Source of the DNA: a virus | DNA length: 11,098 nucleotides | UHGV virus genome: UHGV-0320970 | Direction: 5' to 3' (one strand) | Shown here: positions 5,578-11,098 of the stretch, in pieces | Position numbering within the stretch: the stretch's first letter is position 1 | How the letters are laid out: the number at the start of each line of letters is the position of its first letter | Notes under the pieces: model-generated | The model's database searches: none | Seen by the model: the letters and a program-made list of their open reading frames with translations, nothing else | Told to the model about the DNA's origin: nothing | Translations under genes and position numbers: made by a program

Positions 5578-7521
5578 ATGGCATTTAAACACTATGATGT
5601 TGTCAGGGCGGCGTCGCCGTCAGATCTTGCGGAAAAGCTGACACATAAACTGAAAGAGGGCTGGCAGCCGTTTGGCAGTCCTGTGGCTATCACGCCTTAT
5701 ACACTGATGCAGGCCATTGCCGCAGAGGGTGATGTGACCACGCCTGTGGTTGTGCCCGACACAGGGGCTGGTGGCTCTCCGGGAGTGGCTACCACTGAAC
5801 CGGAGTATTACTACGTTATTCCCCTGGCCGGGCAGTCGAACGGTATGGCCTATGGTGAGGGGCTTCCTCTGCCGGAGACCTATGATCGCCCTGACTCCCG
5901 TATTAAGCAGCTGGCCCGTCGCAGCACTGTGACGCCGGGTGGTGATACCTGTGCATACAATGACGTTATTCCGGCAGACCACTGTCTGCATGATGTTCAG
6001 GACATGAGCGCACTTAACCATCCTCATGCAGACCTGAGTAAGGGCCAGTACGGGACTGTCGGTCAGGGGCTGCATATTGCCAAAAAACTGCTGCCTTATA
6101 TCCCGCAGAATGCCGGGATTCTTCTGGTGCCCTGTTGCCGTGGCGGGTCTGGTTTAACCGTGGGTAATGACGGCACGTTCAGCGAAACGTCTGGTGCATC
6201 GGCAAATTCAGCCCGCTGGGGAGTGGGTAAACCGCTGTATCAGGATTTTCTCTTCCGTACAAAAGCGGCGCTGTCGAAGAACCCGAAAAACAGGCTTCTG
6301 GCCGTGGTATGGATGCAGGGGGAAAATGATCTTGCGGACGGCAGTCAGCAGCACAGCGGCCTGTTTACCACTATGGTGCAGCAGTTCAGGGCTGATATGG
6401 CTGCATATTCTGCACAGTGTGTTGGCGGAAGTGCTGGCTCGGTGCCGTGGATTTGTGGTGACACCACGTATTACTGGAAGAATCTTAACGCCGATAAATA
6501 TGAGGCGGTATATGGCGGTTACAAGGGCAGGGAAGCACAGAATATTTTCTTTGTACCGTTCCTGACGGATGAGAATGGACAGAGCACGCCAACGAATGCT
6601 CCGGCGGAAGACCCGGATATTGTGGCTGTCGGGTATTACGGTGCAGCATCCCGAACCCAGGGCAGTTTTGTTTCGACACAGCGTGACAGCCATTTCAGCT
6701 CATGGGCACGCAGGGGCGTCATTTCAGACCGTCTGGCCTCAGCTATTATGCTCCATGCAGGGCGCACGGCTGAATTGATGCGCGGGCAGACCGTGACACC
6801 ACCGGATGAGAAGCCGTCACCTGATACACCATCAAAACCGTCCACGCCACCCGCAGACACCACGACGATGAGTACGCTATTTGCTTACCGGGCATCTGAG
6901 TCTGAAGGACGGTTGACACCACAGGGTTGGGCTGCTGGAGGTGGCAAGGCTCAAATCGTGGATGATGCCGGAGCCAGCGGGGGTAAGGCAATGAAACTGA
7001 CCAAGGAAACAGGAAGAGCCCCCTGGTACCTTGAGCATGATGCTGGTAATGGTGCGGACCTGCTGGGTAAAGGTGGTCTTGTCAGTTGTCGTTTTAAACT
7101 CGATGGCGCGCTTACGGCTAATCAGTACGCACTGGCGCTGTACTGGCCGGTTTCTTCATTGCCTCAGGGTGTCACACTGGAAGGTAATGCCGGTAACAAT
7201 CTGCTGGCGTCGTTTTACGTACAGAGCGATGCCACAGACCTCAACGTGATGTACCACAAGGGTAACGCTGACCAGAACACGAAGCTGGGGTCATTCGGCG
7301 CATTTGACAACGAATGGCATACGCTGGGTTTCCGTTTTGCCGGTAATAACAGCATTCAGGTGACGCCGGTGATTGATGGTCAGGATGGTGCACCGTTCAT
7401 GCTGTCGCAGTCTCCGGTAGGTTCTTTTGCGGCAGACAAATTACGTGTAACGGATATCACAAAAGCGGCGACGTATACGGTGCTGATTGAAAGTATAACA
7501 GTGGAAGTGAATAACCCGTAA
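5578..7521 (+). CDS. nanS-p: Prophage NanS-p-type sialate O-acetylesterase (N-terminal DUF1737-like domain, SGNH/SASA esterase core, C-terminal putative carbohydrate-binding domain), 647 aa
   Basis: The paralogue starts MAFKHYDVV, so the ATG at 5578 is preferred over the track start at 5563. Core contains YYYVIPLAGQSNGMAYGEG (GQSN nucleophile motif) and CGDTTYYW. Located in the post-Q slot where lambdoid and Stx prophages carry nanS-p. Confidence 0.88.
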   Translation: MAFKHYDVVRAASPSDLAEKLTHKLKEGWQPFGSPVAITPYTLMQAIAAEGDVTTPVVVPDTGAGGSPGVATTEPEYYYVIPLAGQSNGMAYGEGLPLPETYDRPDSRIKQLARRSTVTPGGDTCAYNDVIPADHCLHDVQDMSALNHPHADLSKGQYGTVGQGLHIAKKLLPYIPQNAGILLVPCCRGGSGLTVGNDGTFSETSGASANSARWGVGKPLYQDFLFRTKAALSKNPKNRLLAVVWMQGENDLADGSQQHSGLFTTMVQQFRADMAAYSAQCVGGSAGSVPWICGDTTYYWKNLNADKYEAVYGGYKGREAQNIFFVPFLTDENGQSTPTNAPAEDPDIVAVGYYGAASRTQGSFVSTQRDSHFSSWARRGVISDRLASAIMLHAGRTAELMRGQTVTPPDEKPSPDTPSKPSTPPADTTTMSTLFAYRASESEGRLTPQGWAAGGGKAQIVDDAGASGGKAMKLTKETGRAPWYLEHDAGNGADLLGKGGLVSCRFKLDGALTANQYALALYWPVSSLPQGVTLEGNAGNNLLASFYVQSDATDLNVMYHKGNADQNTKLGSFGAFDNEWHTLGFRFAGNNSIQVTPVIDGQDGAPFMLSQSPVGSFAADKLRVTDITKAATYTVLIESITVEVNNP

Positions 7522-7669
7522 GCAGGAAAAAAAGACCGCCGTGGCAGGGAAAACAAGGAGCCAGAACCGGCGGCAGAAGTCGCTACATCCTTAGCAAAAA
7601 TATGCTGAGCAAAAAATGCAGGAGTTTTTTACTGGCAGGCATTGACCATGTCAATAATGGAGATGAATA

Positions 7670-7852
7670 ATGACATTTTTACAGCTGATTATGTTGTATT
7701 TCTGTACAGCAGTTTGTGTGCTGTATCTTCTTTCTGGTGGGTACAGAGTCGTGAGAGATTTCTGGCGCAGACAGATTGACAAAAGGGCCGCTGAGAAAAT
7801 CAGTGCCAGTCAGTCAGCCGGAACAAAACCCGAAGAGCCTCTCATTCCGTAG
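7670..7852 (+). CDS. Small single-pass membrane protein (60 aa), paralogue of 8424..8606
   Basis: MTFLQLIMLYFCTAVCVLYLLSGGY is a hydrophobic helix, followed by a charged tail. SD GGAG upstream. A diverged copy is conserved on the opposite arm. Confidence 0.6.
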   Translation: MTFLQLIMLYFCTAVCVLYLLSGGYRVVRDFWRRQIDKRAAEKISASQSAGTKPEEPLIP

Positions 7853-7889
7853 CAACTTTCTTAACAACACCTTTCAACGAGAAAATACC

Positions 7890-8414
7890 ATGTCAGAAAT
7901 AAAATCGCTGGTCACTGCTGAAGCAGTGAAGGAAGTCCTGCGCTCTGAAGAAGTCAGAAGCGCACTGAAACAGCAACTTCGGCAGAACCTTGAGGCGCGT
8001 CTTGATGCAGAAGTGGATGCCATTCTGGATGAACTGCTGGGCGCACCGACTGTTCCGGAGCCGGAAGGCATTGCGTACCCCGTCTCCCGCAATCCGGAAG
8101 CTCACAACAATATAAAGACCACCGGCACACACCGATGGTCCCTTGCGCATGCTTACATCATCATGTCGCTGTCAGGTGTAGGTTCACCGCCATCTGAAGC
8201 ACTCCCGTCACCCGCGATACCTTCCGGCTCAGGAACCGCTGCTACGCCCAGCAGCTCATCCAGAATGGCATCCACTTCTGCATCAAGACGCGACTCAAGA
8301 TTCTGGCGAAGTTTCTGTTTCAGTGCGCTCCGGACCTCTTCAGAGCGCAGGACTTCCTTCACTGCCTCTGCAGTGACCAGGGATGTGATTTCTGACATGG
8401 GATTTTCTCGCTGA
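7890..8414 (+). CDS. 81-aa-family acidic helical protein, plus-arm copy; homology ends near 8078 and the ORF then reads through the palindrome centre antisense to the other copy (possibly truncated or fused)
   Basis: MSEIKSLVTAEAVKEVLRSEEVRSALKQQLRQNLEARLDAEVDAILDELLG...PEPEGIA matches the minus-arm copy for 63 aa, then diverges with no nearby stop. Confidence 0.45.
   Translation: MSEIKSLVTAEAVKEVLRSEEVRSALKQQLRQNLEARLDAEVDAILDELLGAPTVPEPEGIAYPVSRNPEAHNNIKTTGTHRWSLAHAYIIMSLSGVGSPPSEALPSPAIPSGSGTAATPSSSSRMASTSASRRDSRFWRSFCFSALRTSSERRTSFTASAVTRDVISDMGFSR
8153..8398 (-). CDS. 81-aa acidic helical protein, minus-arm copy (apparently intact)
   Basis: MSEITSLVTAEAVKEVLRSEEVRSALKQKLRQNLESRLDAEVDAILDELLG...PEPEGIAGDGSASDGGEPTPDSDMMM with its own stop at 8153-8155. 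Confidence 0.6.
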   Translation of the reverse strand: MSEITSLVTAEAVKEVLRSEEVRSALKQKLRQNLESRLDAEVDAILDELLGVAAVPEPEGIAGDGSASDGGEPTPDSDMMM

Positions 8415-8423
8415 AAGGGGTTG

Positions 8424-8606
8424 TTAAGGAGTAACGGGTTCTTCGGGTTTGCTTCCGGCTGACTGACTGGCGCTGATTTTCTCAGCGGCCCTTTTATCAA
8501 TCTGCCTGCACCAGAAATCGCGCACAGCCCTGTACCCACCCGAAAGAAGATACAGCACACAGACCGCCGTACAGAAGTACAGCATCACCTGATGAATAAA
8601 TGTCAT
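8424..8606 (-). CDS. Small single-pass membrane protein (60 aa), paralogue of 7670..7852
   Basis: MTFIHQVMLYFCTAVCVLYLLSGGYRAVRDFWCRQIDKRAAEKISASQSAGSKPEEPVTP; diverged from the plus-arm copy at several positions, so not a recent exact duplicate. Confidence 0.6.
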   Translation of the reverse strand: MTFIHQVMLYFCTAVCVLYLLSGGYRAVRDFWCRQIDKRAAEKISASQSAGSKPEEPVTP

Positions 8607-8745
8607 AATTTCTTACCGTTATGGTTGACAATGAGAATTGTTTTCATTTAAAAAACCAATGTACGAAAGCATCTTTTCTTTACATTCTCCATTGGGATTA
8701 CCTCCGCCAGCTTCCATTCCTGCCGCTGGCGGCTTTTTTTAGCAA

Positions 8746-10656
8746 TTATGCGGCTGCTCCAGCTTTGTTTGCTTTAACTTCCACCGTATCAATAAGTACA
8801 GGGTAGGTTTCTGCACTACCTGTAATATCCGTAATGACAAACCTGTTGAGTCCATTAGCAGTATTGGCCCATTTCACCAGGTCAAACGCCTGTCCATCCA
8901 CACCATCGAGCACCGGAGTAACATTAATGCTGTTACTGCCCTTAAATTTAAATGCAAGCGTATGCCAGTCATGGTCGAATGCGCCAAACGTGCCAAGTTC
9001 TTTTTGTTGATTAACTGTATGATGGTATGCAACATTAATACTGGCTTTATCTGTCTGGACAAAGAAAGAACTCAGATGGCCTTCACCACCCTCACCCGGC
9101 CATTCCGCTATTCGCCAGTACAAACCAAAGGCATACTTGTTTCTGGTTGTCTCAAGATTGACGTTTTCGGGGATTTTAAACCGGACAGCAATTTCCCCGC
9201 CTTTTTCCAGTAAAAGTTTTGCCTTGTCTGCAGCAATATCACAGTACATTGACCAGGATTTCGCGCTGTTATTTTTCTCAATTCGCAGAGCTTTATTGCC
9301 GCTGTCATCAACCAGTGTGCGTCTGCCATACATACCGTCCCAGCCATAAGGTTTCAGCTGATTGTCTGTAGCTTTTTTGGCATCGTAAAAAATTACAGAC
9401 TCTGAGGTGGTAACCGGCCTGTCTGGAACAACCACCCCGGCAGTACCATTAACAAACGCAGAAGACTTACCCGCGCAGCTCAGAATCGCCGTTGCCAGAC
9501 GGTCGGAAATAATCCCACGGCGAGCCCATGAACTGAAATGGCTCGCCCTGTCCTGTGACGTCCAGGTGGCTGAGCTGTCACGCCATTTCGAACCGTAATA
9601 ACCGATACCCGGAATGTCCGGGTCTTCTTCCGGTTTGTTCGTCGGCACATTCACCCCGTTCTCATCGGTCATGAACGGTACGAAATGGATATTCTTTTCC
9701 GTTTTATTTTTATAGCTGCCGTACACCGTCTGGTACGTGGATTCGTTCTTCTGCTTCCAGAAATACGTCGTGTCCCCGCATATCCAGGGAACACCGCCAG
9801 CAGAGCCACCGACGCACTGGCCTGCCATATCCGCCAGGTCTGCACGGAATTTATCAACCAGCGCACCAAACTGTGCGGCATGATTTGCCGGCGTACCGCC
9901 AAAATCAAATTCCCCCTGCATCCACACCACGGCAAACAGCACATTTTTCGGGTTCTTCTCCAGTGCCGCTTTTGTTCGACCGATAAGGTCCTTATACAGC
10001 GGCTTGTCCACACCCCAGCGGGTTGAATTCTCCGAGGCACCACTCGCGTCACTGTATGTGCCATCAGCTCCGGTGGTGAACGCTGAACCACCACGACAGC
10101 ACGGAACCAGCAGAATGCCCGCATTCGCCGGTATAAACGGCAGCAGTTTTTTGGCGATATGCAGCCCCTGCCCCACGGTTCCGTACTGCCCCTTTGACAG
10201 GTCCGCTTTCGGATGGTTAAGACGGCTCATGTCCTGCACATCATGCAGACAATGGTCCGCCGGAATGATGTCGTTATATTTGCATGCTGCACCGCCCGGT
10301 GTCACCGTACTGCGACGCGCTAACTGTTTAATACGTGGATCAGGGCTGTCGAATGTATCCGGTAATGGCAGTCCCTCACCGTATGACATACCATTGGACT
10401 GACCAGCAAGCGCGATCACATAGTAATATTCTGGCGCAACAGAAGGCGCTGAGGTCGTCGGACGGTTGCCTGGCTCCTCTGGTGATGAGATGCTCCCCTC
10501 ACTCACAACTGGCTGGATGAACTCCGCACCATAACCAGCTGTCGAAATCAGCGCACTACCATAAGGCTGCCACCCTTCCTTCAGTTTTTGAGTTATTCGT
10601 TTCGCAAGGTCTGACGGCGACGCCGCCCTGACAACATCATAGTGTTTAAATGCCAT
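8746..10656 (-). CDS. nanS-p: Second, diverged NanS-p-type sialate O-acetylesterase (636 aa)
   Basis: MAFKHYDVVRAASPSDLA..., YYYVIALAGQSNGMSYGEG, CGDTTYFW. Strong SD GGGAGG 5 nt upstream on the minus strand. Same three-domain layout as 5578..7521 but with many substitutions, especially in the linker and C-terminal domain. Confidence 0.9.
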   Translation of the reverse strand: MAFKHYDVVRAASPSDLAKRITQKLKEGWQPYGSALISTAGYGAEFIQPVVSEGSISSPEEPGNRPTTSAPSVAPEYYYVIALAGQSNGMSYGEGLPLPDTFDSPDPRIKQLARRSTVTPGGAACKYNDIIPADHCLHDVQDMSRLNHPKADLSKGQYGTVGQGLHIAKKLLPFIPANAGILLVPCCRGGSAFTTGADGTYSDASGASENSTRWGVDKPLYKDLIGRTKAALEKNPKNVLFAVVWMQGEFDFGGTPANHAAQFGALVDKFRADLADMAGQCVGGSAGGVPWICGDTTYFWKQKNESTYQTVYGSYKNKTEKNIHFVPFMTDENGVNVPTNKPEEDPDIPGIGYYGSKWRDSSATWTSQDRASHFSSWARRGIISDRLATAILSCAGKSSAFVNGTAGVVVPDRPVTTSESVIFYDAKKATDNQLKPYGWDGMYGRRTLVDDSGNKALRIEKNNSAKSWSMYCDIAADKAKLLLEKGGEIAVRFKIPENVNLETTRNKYAFGLYWRIAEWPGEGGEGHLSSFFVQTDKASINVAYHHTVNQQKELGTFGAFDHDWHTLAFKFKGSNSINVTPVLDGVDGQAFDLVKWANTANGLNRFVITDITGSAETYPVLIDTVEVKANKAGAAA

Positions 10657-10720
10657 GAATCCTCCCGGCCGGGATAATATTGTGAGTAAAATAAGGAGCG
10701 GGCTGAAGTCCGGAAGTTAC

Positions 10721-10838
10721 AGGACAATGGCAGAAGGGAGACTACAGCCCGCAATTCGAAAAAGGTCGCGCAGTTGCGCAGAGTGATTACTATGGGGTAT
10801 TATTCGCCAGCTGAAATATTACTTCACGTTTTATTGTT
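10721..10838. repeat. Left arm of the terminal palindrome (118 bp)
   Basis: Reverse complement of 10981-11098, checked by eye over both ends. Its inner ~70 bp is the reverse complement of the right part of spacer S. Confidence 0.85.
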
Positions 10839-10916
10839 GATTCAGGTGCTGGTACTGAATTCACCGGGAGGCACCCGGCACCATGCAATGGCACATAGCG
10901 CCACTCTCCAGCCCCT
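10839..10916. repeat. 78-bp block identical to the reverse complement of 4708-4785 (flank R0 plus unit 'a')
   Basis: GATTCAGGTGCTGGTACTGAATT followed by the 55-bp 'a' unit; exact match to the reverse complement of the locus-1 a'+flank. Confidence 0.9.
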
Positions 10917-11049
10917 CTCCGGAGGGGCTTTCTTGTGGGCAAAAAAAGCCCGCGCTGGGAGACGCGGGCGGCAAGGAATAAACAATAAAACGTGAAGTAA
11001 TATTTCAGCTGGCGAATAATACCCCATAGTAATCACTCTGCGCAACTGC
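10917..11049. repeat. Second copy of spacer S, same plus-strand orientation as 4576-4707
   Basis: Near-identical to 4576-4707 apart from an extra A in the A-run and two substitutions (CTTATGGACA vs CTTGTGGGCA). Confidence 0.9.
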
Positions 11050-11098
11050 GCGACCTTTTTCGAATTGCGGGCTGTAGTCTCCCTTCTGCCATTGTCCT
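10981..11098. repeat. Right arm of the terminal palindrome, running to the window edge
   Basis: Reverse complement of 10721-10838; the palindrome may continue beyond the window. Confidence 0.85.

Noticed and set aside
5620-6693. Minus-strand ORFs inside nanS-p copy 1 (5620..6075, 6208..6693, 6485..6679 and others), with analogous plus-strand ORFs inside copy 2 (9685..10026, 10004..10402)
   Set aside because: They are antisense to long ORFs with clear motifs, lack RBSs, and have Arg/Cys/Pro-rich compositions typical of GC-rich antisense frames.
10662-10674. 12-bp perfect palindrome TCCCGGCCGGGA overlapping the SD of nanS-p copy 2, as a possible RBS-sequestering hairpin
   Set aside because: A palindrome with no spacer cannot form a stable hairpin of useful length (at most ~3 bp of stem). 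More likely a restriction-site-like coincidence than a regulatory structure.
10774-11045. Track ORFs 10774..10995 (+) and 10842..11045 (-), plus 4500..4778 (-), all beginning MRRVITMGYYSPAEILLHVLL
   Set aside because: The same peptide arises on both strands because the DNA is palindromic. These are reading-frame echoes of the repeat, with no RBS and terminator hairpins inside them.
1-11098. Integrase, att sites, invertase/recombinase, or holin/endolysin/Rz lysis genes
   Set aside because: No ORF in the six-frame track shows recombinase or lysis-protein features. Their absence is itself notable, but nothing can be annotated.

Overview
This window reads as a lambdoid (lambda-like) prophage accessory region from an enterobacterium, with gene content resembling E. 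coli cryptic prophages; all family assignments are from reading the translations, not from a search. Left third: a frameshifted RelE/ParE-like toxin on the minus strand, then a rightward, translationally coupled nin-type operon (antirepressor-like gene, ninB, ninE, ybcO-like, rusA, ninH, short Q antiterminator). Downstream of Q: an AT-rich moron gene for a 197-aa winged-helix-like / zinc-ribbon protein, two intrinsic terminators, and a dense cluster of nested inverted repeats built around a perfectly conserved 55-bp unit. The right half is a diverged tail-to-tail inverted duplication: two paralogous modules (NanS-p-like sialate O-acetylesterase, small membrane protein, 81-aa acidic protein) converge on a ~130-bp centre at 8079-8209. 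The window ends in a second large palindrome that reuses the same repeat unit with its spacer in the opposite orientation. No lysis, structural, tRNA, stx or recombinase genes are visible. The most unusual content is the repeat/palindrome architecture and the moron gene in the Q-proximal slot.
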